Assembly (NCBI GenBank): GCA_945898015.1
Contig: CAMDGM010000009.1
Span: forward strand, 31,703-95,702
Length of the DNA: 64,000 bases
Origin: PVC group bacterium
Lineage (GTDB): Bacteria; Verrucomicrobiota; Kiritimatiellia; CAIKKV01
Direction of reading: 5' to 3'
Position numbers and translations under genes: made by a program. Below the pieces are notes generated by a model. That model was not told where the DNA came from. It saw nothing but the letters and a program-made list of their open reading frames with translations, and searched no databases. Numbering within the stretch: position 1 is the first letter of the stretch; each line of letters begins with the position of its first letter. Positions 19,550 through 28,299 of this stretch are shown here, piece by piece.

Positions 19550-20325
19550 GTGCTAAAGCGTCAACTGCCCCCCTGATATTAGTTGATGTGGGGAATACCC
19601 GTTGTTCTGTGGCTGTGACGAACGGTCGTCGTATACGGCGGCTTGGCGCTGTGTTGACCCGTGAGGCCACTTTTGCCACGGTCGCTCTGGTTTTGAAAAA
19701 AGCCGCCGATCGCAACGTTTTCGCCGGCGCCGTGTTATGCTCCGTGGTGCCGGCTGTCCATGCGATCTGGATGAAAGCGCTCGCCGCTGTGAGTCGGACG
19801 CCACCCATGCTGGTAACAAACAAATTGGATTTTGGAATAGCGATTCGTTACCCCCGGCCGGAGACAATCGGGGCCGATCGATTGGTTAATGCCGCTGCCG
19901 CGGCGGCCCGTTTTGGAACACCGGTTGTGGCTCTGGATTTTGGGACGGCATTGACCTGTGATGTCGTCTCGCGTGAAGGCGCCTTTGTCGGTGGCATCAT
20001 CGCACCGGGTCTACGGTTGCTGACGGATTATCTTCACGAGCGGACGGCTCTGCTTCCCGAAGTTCCTTTTGAACCGTCTCGACGAATGATTGGACGGAGC
20101 ACCGCAGAGGCCATGAGGATTGGAGCCTGGGTCGGGTACCGTGGCCTTGTGGGAGAATTAATGAGGGGGCTGAAACGCGAATTGGGGCGTGGAACACGAT
20201 TTTGCGCGACAGGCGGGGACGTGAGTGTCCTGGCAGCCATGCTCGGACCGACCTGTTCGATAATTCCGGATCTGACATTCGACGGCATGCGACTGGTTTT
20301 TGTGCGGAATACGCCAAAAGGGTAA
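19546..20325 (+). CDS. coaX: Type III pantothenate kinase
   Basis: VDVGNT, IGADRL, DFGTALTCD, GGIIAPG, ATGG. Confidence 0.95.
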   Translation: MSAKASTAPLILVDVGNTRCSVAVTNGRRIRRLGAVLTREATFATVALVLKKAADRNVFAGAVLCSVVPAVHAIWMKALAAVSRTPPMLVTNKLDFGIAIRYPRPETIGADRLVNAAAAAARFGTPVVALDFGTALTCDVVSREGAFVGGIIAPGLRLLTDYLHERTALLPEVPFEPSRRMIGRSTAEAMRIGAWVGYRGLVGELMRGLKRELGRGTRFCATGGDVSVLAAMLGPTCSIIPDLTFDGMRLVFVRNTPKG

Positions 20326-20366
20326 GCTGGAGTTGGGATGTCAATAGGCCACACGCGGGGTTCGGC

Positions 20367-23246
20367 ATGCGGCAGTCCATAAAAATTGATTTTCATTGTC
20401 ATTCCTCTTTTAGCGATGGCGAATGGGATCCTGATAAAATTGCCCAAACCTGCTCGGCGGCTGGCGTGCGCTATGCCGCTTTGACGGATCATACCACGTT
20501 GGATGGATTGGACCGTTTTGAGGCGTCGTGCGAGCGATACGGGGTGGGGGTTGTGAATGGACTTGAACTGCCCGTATACCAGGGAAAACGCGAAGTCCAC
20601 CTTCTTTGTTATGGGTTTGACCGAACGAACGCCGCCGTGCTGAGATCGGTAAAGGCGGTGCGTGAGGCGCTTATTCTCAAAAGTGCCCCGTACGCCTTAT
20701 TTGAAAAAAAAACCATTTCGGAATTAATCCACCAGATCCATCAAGCGGGCGGAATCGTACTTCTGGCGCATCCCCTTGTGACGGAGCCTGATATTGTCAA
20801 ACTGGAGTCCCTTCTTGCGGACTTAATACAGGCCGGATTAGACGGCATTGAGGTCTATCACCCCACCGCCACCTCCGCCCAGCAGACTTATCTGCGTGAA
20901 CTTGCTGAAAAAAATGTCTTCGTTGCTTCAGGAGGGACCGACCATCATGGGTTCACTGGAGTTGAGGGTCCTGAGATGGGCGTTGAAATCCCCCTTGACG
21001 CCTGGGAATCCTTCCGTGACGTTCTGGTCAAGCGACGGAAGCAGGTGCAGCAGGAATGCGAATCCCGAAGCCGGACAGCCCGGCCCGAATTTCCGGCCAC
21101 CCGGCAATCCGGACGGATGCGCATGTTGATTTCGATGGCGTTACCCGCGATAGCCGTTGTTTTTCTCTTCGCGATAGCCCTGTTTGGCTTTTTTCTTCCG
21201 GGATATGAAAACGCGCTGATGGATCGAAAGCGGGAAATGATTCGCGAGTTGACCCGGACGGTGTGGAGCCTGCTCGACGAGGCGGAAAAGAATGTGCAAG
21301 CCGGACTGATATCGCCCGAGTCTGCCAGGATGCAAGTGGTTGAGCGAGTCCGATCCTTACGCTATGGACGTGAAGGGAAGGACTATTTTTGGATTCAAGA
21401 TCTGGCTCCCCGGATGCTCATGCATCCCTATCGTCATGACCTGGAAGGTCAGGATTTGGCCGCATTCAAAGATTCTCGGGGCATTTGTATTTTCACGGTA
21501 TTTGCCGACAAGGTTCGTCGAGACCGTGAAGGCTATGTGGACTATGTGTGGCAATGGAAGGATGATCCGTCACGAGTGGAAGCCAAAGAGTCGTATATCC
21601 GGCTCTTTGAGCCGTGGGGCTGGGTGATTGGGACTGGGTTGTATGTGCATGATGTGGTTGCCGAAATTCACATCCTGAAGCTGAACCTGTTCTATGTCAT
21701 GGGCGGTACTATTGCGATTTTGATTATGCTTCTGGCGGTTATGTTGAGGGGGGGCTGGAGAGCAGATCAGCGTCGAGCAACCGCCGAAATGCGTCTTCAG
21801 GAATCCCATGAGCGCTATCTTTCGTTGGTTCGAGCCTCCGCCGAGGGAGTCCTTTTTGTTCGGAATTTCCGATGCGTCTATGCCAATCCTATCTTTCTTG
21901 AATTGGCGGGGTGCGACTTGGAGGAGCTGCCACTGCTCGATTGCCAGGAGCTTTTCCCCGGACTTTTGCAGGAATTCTCGAGGAGCATGAATGCCAGCGC
22001 CGATGTGTACGTGGAGGCCCTGCTTCAGAGGCGCGATGGCGTCGACTTGAAGTGTCGAGTCGCCCGGAAAGCGATGTCCGAAAAGGGATCGGGTAGTTTT
22101 GTGGTTTTGGTACGCCGCCCTGAAGAGGCCGGCGTCCGGTTGTCCGCCAGACCCGATGGTCTATTAAAACGGCTTTTGAATCTACCCTCCTCGGCTGCGG
22201 AGGATATTGCTCGGGAAATCGGCATGGCGGAAACCGACGACCAAGTCGTGGGCCTTTGCCGTGGTGTGCCCGGATTGGTAAACGCCATGCTGGAGAGTGG
22301 CGCCTCCCCTGGCGCCATGGCGGGCATGATTTCCTCCATCACGGATTCGGCCACAAGCCGATTTGTTGAAATAGCTCAAAAGGAGTTAGGCCCCGCTCCT
22401 GTAGGATTTTCATTTGTGGCATTGGGCAGTCAGGGCCGAAAGGAGCAGACTCTTTTCACGGATCAGGATAACGCCATCATTTATGAGGCCCAAGGCCAAG
22501 ATGTAGACGGGTCGCGGCAGCACTATTTTTCTGCCTTAGCGTTTCGTGTATGCGAGGCCCTGACACGATCCGGTTATCGGGATTGCAAGGGCTTGGTCAT
22601 GGCCAGCAATCCAAAATGGTGTCAACCGGTGGACGTCTGGAAAGGGTATTTCACGAATTGGATTTCCAAAGCGGACGAACATGAAATGATGGAGGTTGGG
22701 ACATTTCTTGATTTGCGCTGCGTGAAAGGCGACGAAAACCTGGTCCAACTTCTTCGGACGCACATCCAAAACGAGACTGCGCGGACGCCTTTGTTCTACA
22801 CGCAAGCGGCCCGGACCGCTCTTCTTTTCAAGAGTCCGCTACGCCTTTTTGGGAATATTGTCACGGCGGGGAGTTCAAAAGAAAAGTCCGGATATCTCGA
22901 CCTGAAGACGGTCATGATGCCGATTGTCAGCTTTGCACGTCTTTATGCGCTCCATCGAGAGAGCGCTTGCACATCCACCTTGGAGCGGCTCTCGGCGCTG
23001 TCCGATAAAGGCGTCCTTTTGCCGTCGCAACATCATGACCTCGTGACCGCCTTTGAAACTTTATTGCGGTTGAGGCTGAGACATCAAGTGATGACGATTC
23101 AAAAAGGAGACGAACCGGACAACCTGATAGCGCCATCGTGTCTGGGGCATATTGATGAAGCCGTCCTGAAGGAATGTTTCAAGGAAATCGATCAGATCCA
23201 GGATAGAATTAACCGGGATTTTCTGGGGGGCGCGTTGAAACTCTAA
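20367..23246 (+). CDS. Membrane sensor fusion: PHP phosphoesterase - TM - sCache_2 - TM - PAS-like - DUF294 nucleotidyltransferase - DUF294_C
   Basis: PHP: DFHCHSSFSDG, LTDH, AHP, GLDGIEVYH, GGTDHHG; Cache: DYFWIQD...MLMHP...YVDYVWQWK...KESY...WGWVIGTGLY; NTase: ALGSQGRKEQTLFTDQDNAII, CKGLVMASNPKW; two hydrophobic helices; start set at ATG 20367. Confidence 0.88.
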   Translation: MRQSIKIDFHCHSSFSDGEWDPDKIAQTCSAAGVRYAALTDHTTLDGLDRFEASCERYGVGVVNGLELPVYQGKREVHLLCYGFDRTNAAVLRSVKAVREALILKSAPYALFEKKTISELIHQIHQAGGIVLLAHPLVTEPDIVKLESLLADLIQAGLDGIEVYHPTATSAQQTYLRELAEKNVFVASGGTDHHGFTGVEGPEMGVEIPLDAWESFRDVLVKRRKQVQQECESRSRTARPEFPATRQSGRMRMLISMALPAIAVVFLFAIALFGFFLPGYENALMDRKREMIRELTRTVWSLLDEAEKNVQAGLISPESARMQVVERVRSLRYGREGKDYFWIQDLAPRMLMHPYRHDLEGQDLAAFKDSRGICIFTVFADKVRRDREGYVDYVWQWKDDPSRVEAKESYIRLFEPWGWVIGTGLYVHDVVAEIHILKLNLFYVMGGTIAILIMLLAVMLRGGWRADQRRATAEMRLQESHERYLSLVRASAEGVLFVRNFRCVYANPIFLELAGCDLEELPLLDCQELFPGLLQEFSRSMNASADVYVEALLQRRDGVDLKCRVARKAMSEKGSGSFVVLVRRPEEAGVRLSARPDGLLKRLLNLPSSAAEDIAREIGMAETDDQVVGLCRGVPGLVNAMLESGASPGAMAGMISSITDSATSRFVEIAQKELGPAPVGFSFVALGSQGRKEQTLFTDQDNAIIYEAQGQDVDGSRQHYFSALAFRVCEALTRSGYRDCKGLVMASNPKWCQPVDVWKGYFTNWISKADEHEMMEVGTFLDLRCVKGDENLVQLLRTHIQNETARTPLFYTQAARTALLFKSPLRLFGNIVTAGSSKEKSGYLDLKTVMMPIVSFARLYALHRESACTSTLERLSALSDKGVLLPSQHHDLVTAFETLLRLRLRHQVMTIQKGDEPDNLIAPSCLGHIDEAVLKECFKEIDQIQDRINRDFLGGALKL

Positions 23247-23271
23247 ATTGTCCTTGCTTCATATCCCGTTT

Positions 23272-23312
23272 TTGCTTAAACATAACTTTGGTTGTAAAAT
23301 ACATTTATAACC
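23272..23312 (+). promoter_or_regulatory. Sigma70-like promoter of DUF485-actP with overlapping palindromic operator
   Basis: TTGCTT-17 nt-TAAAAT (23272-23300); inverted repeat GGTTGTAAA-N5-TTTATAACC (23290-23312). Confidence 0.55.
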
Positions 23313-23330
23313 TCTTATCTGGAGCAACTG

Positions 23331-23552
23331 ATGAGTAGTCCGGTGAATATGCGACGTAAAGCCTTTCTTGATTTTGGACTCTTCGGCCTTTTTTTCGTGT
23401 TCTACATGGGGGCCGCTATCGTTCAAACTCCTTTGGGTAAAAATGTGGCAACTGTGCCCGTGCTGGGTATGCCATTTGGCTTGCTCATGTCGCTTGCCAT
23501 ATTCCCGGTTTCGTGGCTCATCATCATCATCTGGTTCTGGAAAGCGAAGTAA
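23331..23552 (+). CDS. DUF485 (YjcH-like) small membrane protein, ActP partner
   Basis: 73 aa, two hydrophobic helices, FFVFY and GMPFGLLMSLAIF; directly upstream of an SSS transporter. Confidence 0.8.
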   Translation: MSSPVNMRRKAFLDFGLFGLFFVFYMGAAIVQTPLGKNVATVPVLGMPFGLLMSLAIFPVSWLIIIIWFWKAK

Positions 23553-23557
23553 TCACC

Positions 23558-25264
23558 ATGTTAAATGCACTGTGCCATAATCCTGGACCGCTTGCCGTGC
23601 TGACAACTCCTGTCGCCGAATCGTCGGGTCCCTCATCTCTCAATGCCGGGATCGTTATAGGGTTTATCCTGTTTTTTGTAATTGCCAGCATCGTAATCAC
23701 ATGGTGGACGAGCCGCTCCAGTAAGTCCGCCGGAGATTTTTATGTGGCAGGAAAAGGGGTCCCGTGGATTCAGGTCGGGATTGCCATGGTCGGCAGCTAT
23801 CTTTCGGCAGCGAGTTTTCTGGGATGTGCCGGGGATATCGGTGTTTTTGGCATCGACTCCATCTGGTTGTCGATTGGTTTTTTCGGGGGCTATATGGCGG
23901 TGTTGCTGCTGATTGCCGGCCCCTTGCGTAATGTGGGGTCGTACACGGTTGCCGGCGCGCTCCATCGGCGTTATCCCGATGACAAAATCAAGCTGTCGAT
24001 CATGGTTTGTACGGTCATCATTTCAACGTTTTATCTCGTGCCCCAGATGCTGGGCGCCGGATTGCTCTTCGAAATGCTGCTCGGTTGGAACTTCATTGCG
24101 GTTATTATCGGGCTCGGCATTCTCATGAGCGTCTACATTATTTTTGGCGGTATGAAGTCGACTCTTTACAATCAAGTCATTCAAGCGGTCTTTTTGTGGG
24201 TAGCCATGGTGGTGCTGGTCGTGATGGCCTATTTCATCGTAGGTCACGGTTCTTTTTCAGGAATTTTGGCGACCGCAACTCAGGCGGTTCCGCCCATTCT
24301 TGCGGGGAAGAATCCCGCTGTTGTTACCGCCATTGCCCACTTGCCCGCGGATCAGGCGATCATGGTCGCCCGGGAAATGATGCCTTCCGCAGATAGCGTG
24401 ATGAGTATTGGCGTCAAAAGCAACAACACGCTTGCCATGATCAGCACCGTGATTGCCCTGATTTTCGGGACCGCCGGCCTTCCACATATTTTGATCATGT
24501 TTTTTACCGTGCCCAGCGCCAAGGCGGCCAAGAAAAGTGTGACATTTTGCATCGCCGCTTTGGGGATCTTTTATTTGTGCGCCATTGTTTTGGGATTCCT
24601 GCTATTCCCGGCTATTTATCCGAAGCTGGTGAGCTGGATTTCACAGGGGCCGACTGGTGTTGGGTTAGCCAAAAACATGGCAGTCTTGGAGATTAGCCAG
24701 ATGGTGGGGGGGCCCTGGCTGATGGCCATTGGCGCCGCCGGCGCCGTGGCCGCCATTCTCTCTACCGCGGCAGGATTGATGATTACGGTCGCATCCTCCA
24801 TCAGTCATGATCTTTATAAAGTCTATATTAATCCGGCGGCAACCGAGAAACAGGAACTGGGCATCGCTAAAATCACCACGCTTCTGATGTCCGCCATTGC
24901 GGTCGGTTTGGCGGTTTTGCTCAAAAAGGAAAACATTGCATGGCTGGTCATGCTGGCGTTCAGCATTGCTGCCAGTGCTATTTTTCCCGCCATGTTGGCG
25001 ACGCTCTGGTGGAAACGTGCCACCCGGCAAGGCGTTATTGTCAGCATTCTGACGGGATTAACGATTTCGGTGCTGTTCATCATCATGTTGCTGACCGGCG
25101 TCAAGAATGACCCTCTATTTGGACTTCCTACCGCTGGTGGACCAGGTGTTTTCGGCGTCACAGGTGCGTTTTTGGCGCTTATTGTGGTAAGCCTTTTGAC
25201 CCGTGACACGGGCAAGGACTCAGCCGAGTTCCTGGCACTGGCACATAAATCCGAGGACGATTGA
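23558..25264 (+). CDS. actP: Cation/acetate (monocarboxylate) symporter, ActP-type solute:sodium symporter
   Basis: DFYVAG, YLSAASFLG, FYLVPQMLGAG, FGGMKST, FGTAGLPHILIMFFTVP, AILSTAAGL, SHDLY; start ATG 23558. Confidence 0.88.
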   Translation: MLNALCHNPGPLAVLTTPVAESSGPSSLNAGIVIGFILFFVIASIVITWWTSRSSKSAGDFYVAGKGVPWIQVGIAMVGSYLSAASFLGCAGDIGVFGIDSIWLSIGFFGGYMAVLLLIAGPLRNVGSYTVAGALHRRYPDDKIKLSIMVCTVIISTFYLVPQMLGAGLLFEMLLGWNFIAVIIGLGILMSVYIIFGGMKSTLYNQVIQAVFLWVAMVVLVVMAYFIVGHGSFSGILATATQAVPPILAGKNPAVVTAIAHLPADQAIMVAREMMPSADSVMSIGVKSNNTLAMISTVIALIFGTAGLPHILIMFFTVPSAKAAKKSVTFCIAALGIFYLCAIVLGFLLFPAIYPKLVSWISQGPTGVGLAKNMAVLEISQMVGGPWLMAIGAAGAVAAILSTAAGLMITVASSISHDLYKVYINPAATEKQELGIAKITTLLMSAIAVGLAVLLKKENIAWLVMLAFSIAASAIFPAMLATLWWKRATRQGVIVSILTGLTISVLFIIMLLTGVKNDPLFGLPTAGGPGVFGVTGAFLALIVVSLLTRDTGKDSAEFLALAHKSEDD

Positions 25265-25328
25265 GGGATTGGCTAATTCCACGCTCGCGCTACCGGTCGA
25301 GGCGCGGCATCAGGGATAGGAGGATAAA

Positions 25329-26756
25329 ATGGGCCACGCCCTGATCGCCAGCTTATTTCTACTTCTGTCGTGTTTCCCGGCATGGGCGGATCTTTTGAAT
25401 TCCACCCCTCCGGCGTACCCGGTCAAACTCATTTTCATCCATCATTCCACCGGAGAAAATCTTCTGCGCAATGATTATGGCCGCTTGGGGATTGCGCTTA
25501 AAACCAACAACTACTTCGTCAGCGACACGAATTATGGGTGGGGACCGGATTCTATCGGTGACCGCACTGACATTCCCGATTGGATCGAATGGTTCCGGTC
25601 CACTTCCACGACAACGGTTGTGGATGCGCTTTTAGCGGAATACGGGAAGCACGCATCGTATTCACGGCTCGCCGCCGATCCTGGGGGTCAAAACTCGATT
25701 ATACTCGTCAAATCCTGTTTCCCCAACTCTAACCTGGAAGGCAATCCCAATGATCCGCCTTCTTCGGAGGGGTGGTTGACGGTGGGTCACGCCAAGTGGG
25801 TTTACAATCAGCTATTGACCTTTTCCCGCGCGCATCCGGACAAACTGTTTGTTGTGATCACCGCGCCGCCCGTCCAGGATCCGACTTATGCTCTTAACGC
25901 CCGCGCGTTCAATAACTGGCTCGTTAATCATTGGCTTGTGGACAATCAATATCCATTTAAAAACGTAGCGGTTTTCGATTTTTACAATGTGCTGACTGAT
26001 CCGCAGGCCCATCACCGATATAACCCCGCCACGGCGACCATCGAGCATAAGGTCGTATCCGGGCACAACACCTCCGCTTTTGCCTCATCGCCAGATGATG
26101 ACCATCCTAATGTGGCGGGAAGCCAAAAAGCGACATCGGAATTAGTGCCCTTGCTGAACATCTTTTACAATAGCTGGAAAACAGCAAGTCGTGTCCGCAC
26201 GACAACCGCATATTCCTCTCCCGTGCTGGACGGTTGGATTCTTGAGTCCTCAGAAAACAGCAGCATCGGGGGAGCGGTTAATAATTCGGCCGATACGTTA
26301 AGGGTTGGAGACGACATGGCAAATAGGCAATACCGAAGCATTTTGTCATTCAGTTTGAATTTGCCCACCAATGCCGTCATGGCCACCGCTAAGCTTAAGA
26401 TCAAAACGCATTCACTCGTCGGGACGGATCCGTTTGCGACACACGGAAAACTGCTGGTGGATATCCATAAATTTCGTTTCGGGTCAAGCCCCGCTCTTTT
26501 AAATGAGGATTTTCTGGCGGCCGCTAATCAGGCCGCCGCGGCCTCGCTTGCAGGGTCTCCGGTCAATGGTTGGCTGACAGCGGGAATCGCAAGCTCGGGC
26601 CTTCCCTATATTAACTCGAAGGGGATCACGCAATTCCGGCTGCGTTTTTCGAAAGGCGATAACGACGATTTCAACGAAGACTTCTATGGTATATATAGCG
26701 GCCATACCGCTTCAACCAATCAACCCAAGTTGATCATCCAGTACTATGTTCCGTAA
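25329..26756 (+). CDS. Secreted protein: SGNH-like hydrolase domain plus DNRLRE-like C-terminal domain
   Basis: Signal peptide (PAWA); IFIHHSTG, KSCFP, DDDHPN; C-terminal DGWILESSE...TQFRLRF...PKLIIQYYVP. Confidence 0.65.
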   Translation: MGHALIASLFLLLSCFPAWADLLNSTPPAYPVKLIFIHHSTGENLLRNDYGRLGIALKTNNYFVSDTNYGWGPDSIGDRTDIPDWIEWFRSTSTTTVVDALLAEYGKHASYSRLAADPGGQNSIILVKSCFPNSNLEGNPNDPPSSEGWLTVGHAKWVYNQLLTFSRAHPDKLFVVITAPPVQDPTYALNARAFNNWLVNHWLVDNQYPFKNVAVFDFYNVLTDPQAHHRYNPATATIEHKVVSGHNTSAFASSPDDDHPNVAGSQKATSELVPLLNIFYNSWKTASRVRTTTAYSSPVLDGWILESSENSSIGGAVNNSADTLRVGDDMANRQYRSILSFSLNLPTNAVMATAKLKIKTHSLVGTDPFATHGKLLVDIHKFRFGSSPALLNEDFLAAANQAAAASLAGSPVNGWLTAGIASSGLPYINSKGITQFRLRFSKGDNDDFNEDFYGIYSGHTASTNQPKLIIQYYVP

Positions 26757-26766
26757 GGAGAATCGA

Positions 26767-27858
26767 ATGGCAACCAACCGATATGCGGTGATCATGTCCG
26801 GAGGGCGAGGGGAGCGTTTCTGGCCGCTCAGCACGATCCGCCGTCCCAAGCAACTTCTCTCCCTTATCGGCGGGAAGCCCTTGCTGGCCGCCGCCGTGGA
26901 TCGGCTTGAGGGCTTCATTCCCAAGGACCGGATCTTTATTGTGACGAGCCGGGAATTGGTCGCTCCCACCCGCGAGATCATGCCCGACTTCCCGGCCGCT
27001 CAGATTGTCGGCGAGCCCTGCCGCCGGGATACGGCTGCCGCCGTAGCGTTGGGTTCGGTTTTGGTTGCCATGCGTGATCCGTCTGCCTCATTTTGCGTCC
27101 TGACCGCAGACCAGGTGATCCCGGATACGCAGAAGTTCCAATCGGCCTTAAACCGTTGCTTTGACCTCGCCGAGGTCGACGAAGCACTTGTCACCATGGG
27201 TATCAATCCAGTTTTCCCCAGCACGGGATTTGGCTATATTGAAGCAGGCGAGCCCTTGCCGGGCAAGGCGAACGAGGTGCCGGCCTTCAAAGCGGTTAGG
27301 TTTGTGGAAAAACCGGATGCGGCCACGGCGGCGGCCTATGTCAAAAATGGCCGCTTTTATTGGAATTCAGGGATGTTTTTCTGGAAGGTTTCTTCGATTC
27401 AGCAAGCCTTCCGAAAATTTTGCGCCCCTTTGGGTGCGCTTTGTCGTGATCTCGGCGACTGCCAAAATATGAAATCGCTGGCATCCCGACTGGAAAGCGC
27501 TTACGCCCCGCTTCAGCGTATCTCCATTGATTATGCCGTGATGGAAAAAGCGTCACCGATCGTCGTGGTCAAGGGGGATTTCGGGTGGGACGACGTCGGA
27601 TCATGGCCGGCTATCGCGAACCATTTCCCCAAAGATGTCCACGGAAACGTGCTGATTGGTCCGAATGTGACGCTTGATTCGAAAGACAATGTGCTCGTTT
27701 CTCCCGATGGCCGCTTGACCGTCCTGCTTGGAATTGATGACCTGATCGTGGTTCAGGCGCCTCAGGTCACGTTGATCTGCCGGAAGGATCGGGCCCAAGA
27801 TGTTAAAAAAATCGTGCAGCTGCTGGACCAGCAGGATGCCTACAAGTCTTTGATGTAA
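26767..27858 (+). CDS. manC: Mannose-1-phosphate guanylyltransferase
   Basis: IMSGGRGERFWPLS, PKQLL, EPCRRDTA, FVEKPD, WNSGMF, ISIDYAVMEK, WDDVGSW. Confidence 0.94.
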   Translation: MATNRYAVIMSGGRGERFWPLSTIRRPKQLLSLIGGKPLLAAAVDRLEGFIPKDRIFIVTSRELVAPTREIMPDFPAAQIVGEPCRRDTAAAVALGSVLVAMRDPSASFCVLTADQVIPDTQKFQSALNRCFDLAEVDEALVTMGINPVFPSTGFGYIEAGEPLPGKANEVPAFKAVRFVEKPDAATAAAYVKNGRFYWNSGMFFWKVSSIQQAFRKFCAPLGALCRDLGDCQNMKSLASRLESAYAPLQRISIDYAVMEKASPIVVVKGDFGWDDVGSWPAIANHFPKDVHGNVLIGPNVTLDSKDNVLVSPDGRLTVLLGIDDLIVVQAPQVTLICRKDRAQDVKKIVQLLDQQDAYKSLM

Positions 27859-27876
27859 CCAACCAAGGAGGCCTCT

Positions 27877-28299
27877 GTGCCACGTCGAATGGGTATCGAT
27901 TACGGAATCAAACGTATGGGCGTGGCGGTTTGCGATCCGGCTGAAATGTTCGCCACGCCGTTATGCGTGGTTCCTGTTCGGGGTGATGCCCATGCGGCGA
28001 CGGAGGTGAAACGCCTGGTCGATGAAACCGGGGCCCAATCAGTGGTCATCGGCTTACCTGTCAATATGAACGGCACCAAGGGGCCCATGGCAGAAAAGGT
28101 CACGGCTTTTGCTGAACGGGTACGTGAATTGACCGGCCTGCCCGTGACCCTGTGGGATGAGCGGTTGACCAGCGCGATGGCCGAACGTACGCTGATTGAA
28201 GCGGACGTGCGAAGAGAGAAACGCAAAAACATCGTGGATATGCTGGCGGCACAGTCTATCCTGCAATCCTATATGGATTCGATCCAGCAACCGCCATGA
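27877..28299 (+). CDS. ruvX: YqgF/RuvX pre-16S rRNA nuclease / Holliday junction resolvase-like
   Basis: GIDYGIKRMGVA, VIGLP, WDERLTS, DMLAAQSILQSY. Confidence 0.94.
   Translation: MPRRMGIDYGIKRMGVAVCDPAEMFATPLCVVPVRGDAHAATEVKRLVDETGAQSVVIGLPVNMNGTKGPMAEKVTAFAERVRELTGLPVTLWDERLTSAMAERTLIEADVRREKRKNIVDMLAAQSILQSYMDSIQQPP

Noticed and set aside
20202-20366. Longer start for the PHP-Cache-DUF294 gene
   Set aside because: Overlaps coaX by more than 120 nt; the PHP motif begins a few residues after ATG 20367
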